Virus record (IMG/VR): IMGVR_UViG_3300042477_000769
DNA length: 64,000 bases
Source: a virus
Lineage: Duplodnaviria; Caudoviricetes
Strand: one strand, 5' to 3'
In this document: positions 47,060-56,538 of the stretch, in pieces
How the letters are laid out: each line of letters begins with the position of its first letter
Numbering within the stretch: position 1 is the first letter of the stretch
The notes under the pieces: model-generated
The model's input: only the letters and a program-made list of their open reading frames with translations
The model's database searches: none
Told to the model about the DNA's origin: nothing
Program-made: the position numbers and the translations under genes

Positions 47060-47845
47060 ATGACTGATAATTTCAGAGTTTCCGTATCTAAAACGAAAAC
47101 TTTTTTAGATTGTAAGGCTAAGTTTAAATTCTCTTATGTTGAGAAGCTGCCGAAAAAAGATTGGGATTTCCATATTTTTGGTAAATTCTGTCACATGGTA
47201 CTTGAAGAGTTTCATAAGGTTTATATTGAAGGTTCTGACGCTCCTTATCATGTAACCATGGGGCAATCATATAAGTTAGCCTTGAAAGAATTTCAGGAGA
47301 AAATGACACCTGAAATGAAAAAAGAATGTTGGGCCATTATTGATCAATATTTAAGAAAGATTTCGGCCGAAAAAAATAATGGACATCCCGCGAATGTCAT
47401 TGCGGTAGAAAAAAGATTTGAACTCCAAGTAGGAGAGACCATAGTTCTCAATGGTGCCATTGACAGAATCCAATTGGATAGTGATGGAATTATTCATGTG
47501 GCAGACTATAAAACCAGTAAAAGTACCAAATATTTGAAAGATGATTTCTTTCAATTAATGACTTATGCGTATGTCATCATGTCCGATGACCCAACTATAG
47601 AAAAAGTTAGAGCGTCTTATGTCATGTTGCGTCATGATTTTGAGTATATTACAACTGAATTCCATAAACCAGAAGTCATGGAAGTAGAAAAAAAGTATAT
47701 TGATTATGTCAATCAAATGATGACAGAGAAGGAATTTAAGGCGAATCCGAGTGCATTGTGCAGATTCTGCGATTACGCCTCCTTGTGCCCGGAAGGAAAA
47801 AAAATGCTCGAACCCTCCCTTCGGTATGGCGAAGTGGCATGGTAA
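47060..47845 (+). CDS. PD-(D/E)XK exonuclease, AddB/Cas4-like with Fe-S cysteines
   Basis: FLDCK, GKFCH, GAIDRI, ADYKTS, QLMTY, CRFCDYASLC. Confidence 0.88.
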   Translation: MTDNFRVSVSKTKTFLDCKAKFKFSYVEKLPKKDWDFHIFGKFCHMVLEEFHKVYIEGSDAPYHVTMGQSYKLALKEFQEKMTPEMKKECWAIIDQYLRKISAEKNNGHPANVIAVEKRFELQVGETIVLNGAIDRIQLDSDGIIHVADYKTSKSTKYLKDDFFQLMTYAYVIMSDDPTIEKVRASYVMLRHDFEYITTEFHKPEVMEVEKKYIDYVNQMMTEKEFKANPSALCRFCDYASLCPEGKKMLEPSLRYGEVAW

Positions 47846-48561
47846 CGGAATATAAAAACTGTACCAAATGTAATCTTCAAAAGATATTTCCCGATGATTT
47901 TGCTAGTGGTAAATCTTTCTGTAAACAATGTAGAAATCTTTACTTAAAAAGTAAAAGAACACCTAAATTAAAAAGCAAACAATCTTCAGCAGAAAGACTG
48001 TTAAAAATAAAAGAATGGCAACGCAATAATCCGACCAGAAGACAATTAGCGATCCAAAAATACCACGCTTCTCATCTTACAGAAGAAAAGCGTTATTATC
48101 AAGATAATAAACATAAAATCCTAACTAGGATTAAAAATTGGAAATCTTCTAACAAGGAACATACTAATGCGTGGACTAGACACTATCGTCAACAACCTAT
48201 CATTAAACTAAGACACACAGTTTCTGTGTTAATTAGATTTTACTTAAAAGGAATTAAGTCTGGCTCTGTTATTAATCATCTGCCCTATTCTATCGAAGAA
48301 TTAAAACTTCATTTAGAACAACAATTCGAACCCTGGATGTCGTGGTCCAATTGGGGCGTTTATTGTCCCGAAAAATGGAACGATGATGATCCCTCTACTT
48401 GGACTTGGCAGTTAGACCACATTATCCCACATAGTAGCTTTATGTATACTTCCATGGAAGATTCGGCTTTTCAAGAATGTTGGGCCTTAAGTAATTTAAG
48501 GCCATTATCTGCTAAAAAAAATATTATAGAAGGCGCTAGAAAAATAAGTGTTATAGAATAA
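47758..48561 (+). CDS. HNH homing endonuclease, paralog of 46273 (likely start ATG 47839)
   Basis: CTKC, CKQC, WQLDHIIP, CWALSNLRPLSAKKN. Confidence 0.85.
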   Translation: MQILRLRLLVPGRKKNARTLPSVWRSGMVTEYKNCTKCNLQKIFPDDFASGKSFCKQCRNLYLKSKRTPKLKSKQSSAERLLKIKEWQRNNPTRRQLAIQKYHASHLTEEKRYYQDNKHKILTRIKNWKSSNKEHTNAWTRHYRQQPIIKLRHTVSVLIRFYLKGIKSGSVINHLPYSIEELKLHLEQQFEPWMSWSNWGVYCPEKWNDDDPSTWTWQLDHIIPHSSFMYTSMEDSAFQECWALSNLRPLSAKKNIIEGARKISVIE

Positions 48562-48594
48562 ATGTTACCAGTTAATTTTAACTAAAGAGGAAAT

Positions 48595-49842
48595 ATGCAC
48601 ATTGAAGTAAGAGAAATTGAGCCGTGTAAATTATGCGTTCAGTATACTGCTGAACCGAGTGAAATATCAGATAAAAAAGAAGAGGTGGTTGCTCGCTTTA
48701 AAAAAGCGCCTGTCTCTGGATTTCGGACTGGAAAAGTTCCGACAGATGTTATCAAAATGCATTATCGTACCCAAATCGAAGATGCATTGAAAGTTGCTTT
48801 AGCTGAAGAGGCATATCATAATGCTTTATTCGAAAAAAAACTTCGACCTCATGGAGCACCGAAGCTAAATTCAGCTATTTTAGTAGATGGTAAATTTGTC
48901 TGTGAATTTGAAATGCATACTAAACCAGAATTTCAACTCATGACTTATGATGGTATGCAGATTCCTCGACCACATGAAGCCTTGACGGTGACGGAATTAA
49001 CTGAAAAAATGTTACAGGAATTACGAGTCAAATATGGCGATTCTGTACCCTATGCCGATAATGAATTTGTCCAAGTTGGAGATACTGTGATTGTAGATTA
49101 TGAAGGATCTATTAATGGTGAAGTATTGCCTCATTTGTCAGCCACTGGAGAAATGATTACAGTTGGCCATAGTAATTTGCCGCAATTTGATGACAATGTC
49201 TTAGGGATGTCTATTGGTGAAACTAGAGAATTTGATATTGTAGTACCGCAAAATAGCTTACCTTCTCTCAGTGGCAAAACTGTACATTTAAAAGTAACTC
49301 TTAATATGGGTTCTAAAAATGTACCTCATCCATTAGATGATACCTTGGGTCAAAAATTAGGCAAGAAAGACCTACAAGAATTAAGAATGGCCGTAGGCGC
49401 CACCGCGATGGCCACGGTAGAAAATAAAGTTAAGGAATCTATTAATGAAGCGGTAGCTATTAAATTAGTCGAGATGCATGAAATTAACGTTCCTAATTGG
49501 ATGGCTTTATCAGAAGCTCAATATTTAGTCCATGGTGCTAAATTAGATTGGAATGCTTTGAGAGATGAAGATAAAGATATGTATGTAGCCATGGCGGCTA
49601 AGAATGTTAAGCTATCTCTGATTCTAGATAGAATTAGAGATGATAACCCAGAGGCACAACTAACTGATCAGGAAGTATTTGATATGATTAAGAGAAATCT
49701 AATGCAATCTAATATGCAACAACCATTAGAGCAAGTAGTGCAGCAAATGCAAAAGAGCGGCTATTTACAAGTATTGTTTGCTCGAATTAGAGATGAGCAT
49801 GCGATGGATTTTGTGACTAAAAAAGTTCAACTTATTGATTGA
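48595..49842 (+). CDS. tig: Trigger factor
   Basis: Ribosome-binding GFRTGKVP, FKBP domain VQVGDTVIVDYEGSING...PQFDDNVLGM..GE. Confidence 0.92.
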   Translation: MHIEVREIEPCKLCVQYTAEPSEISDKKEEVVARFKKAPVSGFRTGKVPTDVIKMHYRTQIEDALKVALAEEAYHNALFEKKLRPHGAPKLNSAILVDGKFVCEFEMHTKPEFQLMTYDGMQIPRPHEALTVTELTEKMLQELRVKYGDSVPYADNEFVQVGDTVIVDYEGSINGEVLPHLSATGEMITVGHSNLPQFDDNVLGMSIGETREFDIVVPQNSLPSLSGKTVHLKVTLNMGSKNVPHPLDDTLGQKLGKKDLQELRMAVGATAMATVENKVKESINEAVAIKLVEMHEINVPNWMALSEAQYLVHGAKLDWNALRDEDKDMYVAMAAKNVKLSLILDRIRDDNPEAQLTDQEVFDMIKRNLMQSNMQQPLEQVVQQMQKSGYLQVLFARIRDEHAMDFVTKKVQLID

Positions 49843-50174
49843 GGAGATTAAATATGAGTAAGAAAAAAGATACCCAAGCCCCTAGTTCGTTTCCAGAAAA
49901 ATGGTTTAAAGTAGTTCAGGCAATGCCAGAATTTAAAGATATTGCTGATGCTGCGAGTATAGATGATTTAAAAAAAATTATCGTAGATTGTGAAGGCAAT
50001 ATCTATACTATTGACCAAGATAAAGAAAATAATAGCAAATTAATTGCGGCTCAAGAGTTGGTTAAAGAGTATAAAGCACCTTATACAGATGCTATTAAGG
50101 CTCAAACGGCTAAAATTAAATATGCATTATTCTTATTAGAAGGCAAAGGTGTCGACTTAGATAATAAGGATTGA
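49839..50174 (+). CDS. Hypothetical protein
   Basis: Operon context. Confidence 0.55.
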   Translation: MRRLNMSKKKDTQAPSSFPEKWFKVVQAMPEFKDIADAASIDDLKKIIVDCEGNIYTIDQDKENNSKLIAAQELVKEYKAPYTDAIKAQTAKIKYALFLLEGKGVDLDNKD

Positions 50175-50175
50175 C

Positions 50176-50460
50176 GTGAAAGTAACTAAATTTAATATCC
50201 AATCCTGCTGTGGTAAAACCGCGATTATTTTTAAAACTGATAGGCCATTATCTAAAAATCATTTGGCTTTCTTGGTTTCTCAAGGTTTTAAAGAAACTCC
50301 ACATTTTACTGCCGCAGGAATACTTTATGTGGATAATTCGGACTTTATTTTGAACGGCCCGTTAGGTTCTGATAGACTAACAGTTAAGTGCAAGAGAAAT
50401 GAAGCTGAATGCACCCAAAAGATCAATAATTTGGAGGTGTTACTTCAGCAGGTGGAGTAA
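50176..50460 (+). CDS. Hypothetical protein
   Basis: Operon context; SCCGK. Confidence 0.5.
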   Translation: MKVTKFNIQSCCGKTAIIFKTDRPLSKNHLAFLVSQGFKETPHFTAAGILYVDNSDFILNGPLGSDRLTVKCKRNEAECTQKINNLEVLLQQVE

Positions 50461-50463
50461 ACC

Positions 50464-51126
50464 ATGGCTAGTAGCACTAATTCCATTGTTCATGTTAGAA
50501 AAAAGTTTCATTCCTTGCATGATTTAATATCTACTTCCTACCATGAGGCAGGCCATACTATTTATGGCTTACTTCATGGTATGAATGTTGAATCGGTGCA
50601 AGTCTTTGAAAATAAGAAAACCAAAAGAATTGATGGAATTACCTATTATAATCCTCCTGAATTAGACGAAATTCAGGATGAACAATTAAAATTGGCCCTG
50701 GCTGAAAGCGAGGTTTGCCTGTGTTATGCAGGATTAATATCCGAAAAAAAGCTATTTAAATCTATTTCTGGATTAGATTCTTTCCCTATGTTTCTAAAAA
50801 ATGGCTCCTCGACTGATATCGCTGAAGCCTTATCTATTATAATTAAATTTAATTTAGCCGAACCGGGTCTTAAAAGATACCAATATAAGAAGAAATTAAT
50901 TAAAAAAATTAATCAAGAGTTAACAGAACACTGGGATGCTGTGACGGCAGTGGCTCATTCCTTAAATAATAAAAAAAGAATCAACTTCTTTGAATTAAAA
51001 GAATTGTTAATTAAAAAAACTAACCATCGAGAATTTTGGAAGCAAAAGTTTAAAATTCAGGAAAAATTATATATAAATCGTACCGACCTTGACGAAATAA
51101 AAATAAAATCTATCTTGTTACCTTAA
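50464..51126 (+). CDS. Peptidase M41-like HEXXH protein (no AAA domain)
   Basis: SYHEAGHTI, CYAGLISE, D, AVAHSL. Confidence 0.65.
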   Translation: MASSTNSIVHVRKKFHSLHDLISTSYHEAGHTIYGLLHGMNVESVQVFENKKTKRIDGITYYNPPELDEIQDEQLKLALAESEVCLCYAGLISEKKLFKSISGLDSFPMFLKNGSSTDIAEALSIIIKFNLAEPGLKRYQYKKKLIKKINQELTEHWDAVTAVAHSLNNKKRINFFELKELLIKKTNHREFWKQKFKIQEKLYINRTDLDEIKIKSILLP

Positions 51127-51228
51127 CCGTATTCCCTGGTGCTGCATACGCCGACTATTCTTAGTCGGAATAACTCATTTGTGAGTTGATATGTATAGCC
51201 TCATAATACTTACCTATAAAGATATAAT

Positions 51229-54200
51229 ATGACTGACTTTGTCTCGTTACATAATCAGACGGATTTCTCTATTCTTGATTCTTTAATGTCCCCCAAAGCA
51301 CTCTTTAATCGAGCCAAAGAATTGGGCCAATCTGCAGTCGCAGTCACAGATCACGGCACACTAGCCGGAGCCTGGGATTCCTTAAAAGCTTCCCGAGAGA
51401 CTGGCGTTAAACTTATTATGGGCTGTGAAATCTACTTTGTAGAAGATGCCCAAAATATTACCGATAAATTTAGACATTTAACCCTGTTAGCTAAAAATGC
51501 TAATGGTTATAAGAACTTACTCACTCTCAATAAAAAGGGCTTTGATCAGGGCTCTTTTATTGGCAAGAGAGTATATCCTATTGTCGATTGGAAGTTGTTA
51601 GAACAATGTTATAACGGGCTAATTTGTCTCACTGGTTGTGGCAATGGAATCATTAGCCAATTATTAATGAATAAAAAGTTTGATGAAGTAGAAACTACTG
51701 TCCTGAAACTGAAACAGTTATTTGGAGATAATTTAGGCATTGAAATTCTTCCCAATAATATGAAGCGGGGCTCTAATATTTATAATGATGAAATTGATCA
51801 ACAATTTCTCAATATGAAGCTGATTAATTTGGGCAAAACACACAATATTAAAATTGTGCCCACCTGCAATGCTCATTATGTGAAGAAAGAAGATCATGAT
51901 ATTCATGATGTTTTTCTAGCTATTGGTTCTCATCAACCAAAATATTCTAATTTTAGAATTAAATATAATGTACCAGATTTTTATCTTAAATCTGCCGAAG
52001 AAGTTAAAAACTTCTTTGCTAGAAATCATGGCGAAGAATTAGCAGAAGAATGGTGTAATAATACGGTATATTTCGCCAATTTATGCGAAACTCCAGATTG
52101 GATTGACCCTAAATACTCTAATCCTTCTGGAAAAGAATTACCGATCTTCCCGGTCAAAGATGAGACAGATTATCCTGAATTTGTACACTGGCTGGAACTT
52201 CAACCGCCAGAAGTTAAATTATTAGATATTGATAAACAATATTTGAGATTTAAATGTCAAGCCGCTTTTTCCTCTCGTATTAAGGATTTATCTCCTGATA
52301 ATATGGAAAACTATCAACAGCGCTTGTTAGAAGAGCTAGATGTTATTGAATATCATGGCTTTTCTAGCTACATGTTAATTGTGGCAGATTATATTAATTG
52401 GGCTCGTCGTAATGAGATTGCCGTAGGAGAAGGTCGAGGCTGCCTCACGGGTGATACCCAAGTCTTAACTACTCAAGGATTTAAATTAATCAAAGACCTG
52501 TCTGTGACAGATACTGTGTTTAGTCATACTGGAAATATGAAAACTATTTCTAAATTATTTAAATTTGACGTATCCAATGAAAAATTATTAAAGTTTAAAA
52601 CACAGCAATCGTTTACGGACCTCACCATGACTTCGGATCATAAGGTGCTAATTGCTAAATCTCAAGATTTAGATAAATATTATTTTTACCCACCTAAAAA
52701 AGTTAAAGGTAAAATTAAAAGCTTTAATCCCCACTTGGAATGGGTGCCGGCTCACCAAATAAAAGTAGGAGATTATTTCTTTACTCCTAAATTAAATCGT
52801 TCCATTGACAACTTATCAGATATTGATCTTGCTCAATACAGCGACTCAATCATAGAAAATGATTTTATTGTCAGCAAAATTTACTTTACTAGCCCCCTCT
52901 CTTTACGCGCTTTACATAAAGTATCTCCAATCAGCTTTGAAAGTTTGAGAAAAATCAAAAATAACAAACCTATTGCTGATACACAAATTAATTTACTTCA
53001 ACAATACCTGTCTTCTACTGGGTCGTCTCTTCAAGATTTTGTCAATCATAAAAACTATAAATATAGCCGAATTCAAAGATTTATTAAAATTGATAATGAT
53101 TTCGCTTATTTATTAGGCCGATGGATCGGTGATGGATCCTTTCATGGAAATAAAGGGATTTCTATCTGTTTTAATAGTAAAGATATCGTAGGTCGAGAAA
53201 AAATAAAATCCTATCTCACTAAACTAGGATTTTATGTCTGCCAAGAAAATAGAAAAAATAATAATACCTTATTAACTGTTTCTAATAAGGCTATGTATTC
53301 TTTATTTAAAGAATTATTTCCGAATTATCATAGTTCTCAAACTAAACATATGCCAAATATTTTTCGTTTATTTTCTGATGAACTAATTCGTCATCTGTTA
53401 TTAGGATTATTAGAATCAGATGGTTGTGTTAATAATTATGAAAAAATAAAAACTACTAGCCAAACTTTAGCTCTGCAAGTAAAAGAAGCGTTAAATTATT
53501 TATCACTCCCCTCCTCTATTTATACAGAAGAAAACCCGAAAAGATATCAAGTAGCTACCTCTACTGCTTTTACCATTGCTTTTAATGGAATTAAAACTAA
53601 ACCTAATCCACATATCCACCGAACAAATCAAGGTTTTTATAGTAAAGTAGTTAGTATAGTGGAAACTACTGCTGATTTTGTCTATGATTTTACTGTTCCA
53701 GATGATCATAGCTATCTTACTACCAGTGGAATAGTTCATAATAGTGTAGGAGGCTCTTTAATTGCTTTCTTACTAGGAATTCATCAAGCAGACCCGATTA
53801 AGTATGATCTGATTTTTGCTCGATTTCATAATAAGGAGAAGAGCAGCTTTCCGGATATAGACACCGACTTCGCCCCCTCAGGTCGCGAAAAAGTCCAAGC
53901 CTATGTTCGCCAAAAATATGGAGAGGAACACGTAGCCCACGTCTCTAACGTTAATACTATTACCCCCAAGGTGTATGTTCGCGATATTGCGAGAGCCTGC
54001 GAATTAGGCGGCTCCAGAGAAGAAGCCGTTCGGATTGGTAATGATGTTGCCGATTGCATTCCATCAGATATTCATTCCATTGATGATGCGTTAGCTAAAG
54101 TTCCATTATTTGCTGAATATTGTAAAAAATATCCAGAATTAGAAAAGTATAAAAGCATTTGCGGAAAATATCGAGCTTGGTCTACTCATGCCGGAGGAAT

Positions 54201-55215
54201 TATTATTTCTGCCCGACCACTAACCGGATTAATTCCCCTGAGACGAGATAAAGATGGTGCCCTAGCTATTGAATATGATAAAGATAAAGCAGAAGAAAAC
54301 GGTCTAGTTAAAATGGATACTTTAGGTCTCTCCACTTTAGATATTATTGGAGAAACTTATCGTATTATTAAAGAACGCGGCAAAGAAGTGCCTCCCGATC
54401 AATTAGATTATGATGTTCATGATGCTCCTTCTTATGATTTGATTGCTAATGGCGATACCTTTTGCGTCTTTCAATTAGGGACTAGTGCTGGTACCGTAGA
54501 CTTATGCCGTCGAATTAAACCAGATAGTATCAATGATTTAGCCAATATTAATGCCTTGGCCCGACCCTCCGCTCGTGAGATGAGAAATGATTTCATTAAA
54601 ACTAAAAATGGAGGTAAGCCGGTTGCTTTATTGCATTCTAAATTAGCTCGAGCTTTTAATAGTACTTATGGCTTCGGATTATATGAAGAATGTTTAATGT
54701 ATCTGGCTCAAGATATTGCTGGTTGGAGCTTGCACTCAGCTGATAGATTAAGAAAATTAACTAAAGAAAAAGGTAAGAATCCTAAAAAGGTCCAACAATG
54801 GAAAGCAGAATTTATTGCTGATTCTGTTAAAATGGGCGTTCAAGAATTAATTGCTCAACGTATATGGAGTGAGGTAATTGAGCCTTTCCAGGGATATGGG
54901 TTCAACCGTTCCTTGTCCCTTTTTGAAATGATTGATATATATTCTAATGATGGTAGATTTATAAAGTCTAAACCTATAGGAGAAGTAAAACCAGGAGAAT
55001 ATGTGCGTTCACGAGATGAAGCTACTCAAAAAGAGATTTTTGTCGAAGTAAAGGCGAATCATGATCATGGTATTTTACCTTTAGTAGAGGTAGAATTAGA
55101 AACCGGCGAAACAGTCAAATGTACTATGGATCATAAGTTTAGAATTCAAGAAAATAAAGAGATGGTGCCATTATGGCAAATCTTAAGAGACAATTTATCA
55201 ATAGTGTTAGGTTAA
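51229..55215 (+). CDS. dnaE: DNA polymerase III alpha, N-terminal fragment (PHP + polymerase) with one contiguous intein and a terminal split-intein N half
   Basis: SLHNQTDFS, VTDHG, GRG|S, PDIDTDF, STHAGG, VKMDTLGL, YEE, GYGFNR. Confidence 0.95.
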   Translation: MTDFVSLHNQTDFSILDSLMSPKALFNRAKELGQSAVAVTDHGTLAGAWDSLKASRETGVKLIMGCEIYFVEDAQNITDKFRHLTLLAKNANGYKNLLTLNKKGFDQGSFIGKRVYPIVDWKLLEQCYNGLICLTGCGNGIISQLLMNKKFDEVETTVLKLKQLFGDNLGIEILPNNMKRGSNIYNDEIDQQFLNMKLINLGKTHNIKIVPTCNAHYVKKEDHDIHDVFLAIGSHQPKYSNFRIKYNVPDFYLKSAEEVKNFFARNHGEELAEEWCNNTVYFANLCETPDWIDPKYSNPSGKELPIFPVKDETDYPEFVHWLELQPPEVKLLDIDKQYLRFKCQAAFSSRIKDLSPDNMENYQQRLLEELDVIEYHGFSSYMLIVADYINWARRNEIAVGEGRGCLTGDTQVLTTQGFKLIKDLSVTDTVFSHTGNMKTISKLFKFDVSNEKLLKFKTQQSFTDLTMTSDHKVLIAKSQDLDKYYFYPPKKVKGKIKSFNPHLEWVPAHQIKVGDYFFTPKLNRSIDNLSDIDLAQYSDSIIENDFIVSKIYFTSPLSLRALHKVSPISFESLRKIKNNKPIADTQINLLQQYLSSTGSSLQDFVNHKNYKYSRIQRFIKIDNDFAYLLGRWIGDGSFHGNKGISICFNSKDIVGREKIKSYLTKLGFYVCQENRKNNNTLLTVSNKAMYSLFKELFPNYHSSQTKHMPNIFRLFSDELIRHLLLGLLESDGCVNNYEKIKTTSQTLALQVKEALNYLSLPSSIYTEENPKRYQVATSTAFTIAFNGIKTKPNPHIHRTNQGFYSKVVSIVETTADFVYDFTVPDDHSYLTTSGIVHNSVGGSLIAFLLGIHQADPIKYDLIFARFHNKEKSSFPDIDTDFAPSGREKVQAYVRQKYGEEHVAHVSNVNTITPKVYVRDIARACELGGSREEAVRIGNDVADCIPSDIHSIDDALAKVPLFAEYCKKYPELEKYKSICGKYRAWSTHAGGIIISARPLTGLIPLRRDKDGALAIEYDKDKAEENGLVKMDTLGLSTLDIIGETYRIIKERGKEVPPDQLDYDVHDAPSYDLIANGDTFCVFQLGTSAGTVDLCRRIKPDSINDLANINALARPSAREMRNDFIKTKNGGKPVALLHSKLARAFNSTYGFGLYEECLMYLAQDIAGWSLHSADRLRKLTKEKGKNPKKVQQWKAEFIADSVKMGVQELIAQRIWSEVIEPFQGYGFNRSLSLFEMIDIYSNDGRFIKSKPIGEVKPGEYVRSRDEATQKEIFVEVKANHDHGILPLVEVELETGETVKCTMDHKFRIQENKEMVPLWQILRDNLSIVLG
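52441..53742 (+). mobile_element. Contiguous 434-aa intein with LAGLIDADG endonuclease
   Basis: GRG|CLTGDTQV ... MTSDHKV ... LLGRWIGDGS ... LLGLLESDG ... VYDFTV...SGIVHN|SVGG. Confidence 0.95.
54910..55212 (+). mobile_element. Split intein N-fragment (101 aa, starts with Ser)
   Basis: GFNR|SLSLFEMI...PIGEVKPGEYV...VKCTMDHKF followed by stop. Confidence 0.88.
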
Positions 55216-55216
55216 A

Positions 55217-56431
55217 ATGGGAAATGTCAGCAAACCAATAGATTATTATCTTCAAAAAATTCCAGAACCATTTAGATCAAATGTTTCTTTAATGGAAGAC
55301 TATCAAGGTAATAGAACTAAAATATCTTTTAATTTTTCATGTGGGTGTCAGATACAAGAACAATTTAAGGTTTTTCTTAAGAGGCCGCGATTTGATTTTT
55401 GCACCTCATGTGCTAAGAAAAATAGTCAAACTTATAGTTGTCAGTATTGCTGTCAAGAATTTACTGTGCAACGACATTTGGAAAATTGTCAGCAAAAATG
55501 CCAAAATAAATATGCACAACTCATTTTGGGTACAGATTATGTAATTTGCCAGATTTGTAATTTACATGCAAGAAGTCTAGGGGCACATGTTACTAAGAAG
55601 CACAATATATCTCATAAAGAATATCGTGAAAAATATGGAAGTTTAATTTGCACTGAGGCTTCTAAAAATTATAAAGAAAGCGGTCAATATAATAGAGAGT
55701 GGATTACTCGTGCTCATTTAAATGGCACAGATTTAACCGAATATAGAAAAAAGTTATCTACAGCTGTTAAAGAGGCAATAATGTCAAATCCGGAAGAACG
55801 AAAAAGACGTTCCGAGTTAATGGCTACTATTAATAAAACAGAGAATATGCGGATTAAATCTTCTAAATCGGCCAAAATAACCTCTGCTAAACCAGAAATT
55901 TTAGAAAAAAGAACTAAGCAATTACAAAAATGGAGAGAAGAAAACCCAGAGTTATTTTATAACCAATGTACCGCTCCAATGATTAAATCATTTCAAAGTA
56001 AACCAGAAAGAATATTATTTAATTATTTCTCGCAATTAAAACCTTTTAATTTTAAAAGAAACCAATTTATAAAATCTAAGTATTTTACTAATTTTTCTAA
56101 GAAGAAACAAGTAGATATAATTGATTTGGATAATAGAATTTATATAGAGTTTGATGGTAAAGTTCATTTTAAGCCTATTTTTGGCGATTCTGTTCTCTTA
56201 AAAACTAAATTAAGAGATCAAGAATTAGAAAAAGTTATTACATCTAACAATTGGATTCTAATTAGAATTAGCTACGATCAATTTGTTTATACTACTAAAA
56301 ATATTAATAAAATTAAACATGATGCATCTTATTTCAAACCAGAAAGCCTTCAACAAATAGAAGCAATACTTAAATCAAAGCAACCAGGTGTTTACAAAAT
56401 CGGAGAGGCATATAATAGCTCAAAATCATGA
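55217..56431 (+). CDS. Free-standing homing endonuclease (zinc fingers + helical linker + Vsr/EDxHD-like nuclease) between the split dnaE halves
   Basis: CQYC, CQIC...HVTKKH, SKPE, VDII...IEFDGKVHF, RD, LIRI; stop overlaps ATG 56428. Confidence 0.85.
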   Translation: MGNVSKPIDYYLQKIPEPFRSNVSLMEDYQGNRTKISFNFSCGCQIQEQFKVFLKRPRFDFCTSCAKKNSQTYSCQYCCQEFTVQRHLENCQQKCQNKYAQLILGTDYVICQICNLHARSLGAHVTKKHNISHKEYREKYGSLICTEASKNYKESGQYNREWITRAHLNGTDLTEYRKKLSTAVKEAIMSNPEERKRRSELMATINKTENMRIKSSKSAKITSAKPEILEKRTKQLQKWREENPELFYNQCTAPMIKSFQSKPERILFNYFSQLKPFNFKRNQFIKSKYFTNFSKKKQVDIIDLDNRIYIEFDGKVHFKPIFGDSVLLKTKLRDQELEKVITSNNWILIRISYDQFVYTTKNINKIKHDASYFKPESLQQIEAILKSKQPGVYKIGEAYNSSKS

Positions 56432-56538
56432 CTAATATTAAAACTATTAAATACATTGGCAATCATGCTACGTGTGATTTGGAAGTAGATCATCCGGATC
56501 ATCAATTCTACTTATCGAATGGAATGTTAACCTCAAAC
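56428..56538 (+). mobile_element. Split intein C-fragment (37 aa)
   Basis: MTNIKTIKYIGNHATCDLEVDHPDHQFYLSNGMLTSN|SHA. Confidence 0.88.

Noticed and set aside
54880-54912. Cyanobacterial-type split DnaE (Y|CFN site)
   Set aside because: Junction is FNR|S, four residues downstream, with Ser1 and an intervening endonuclease
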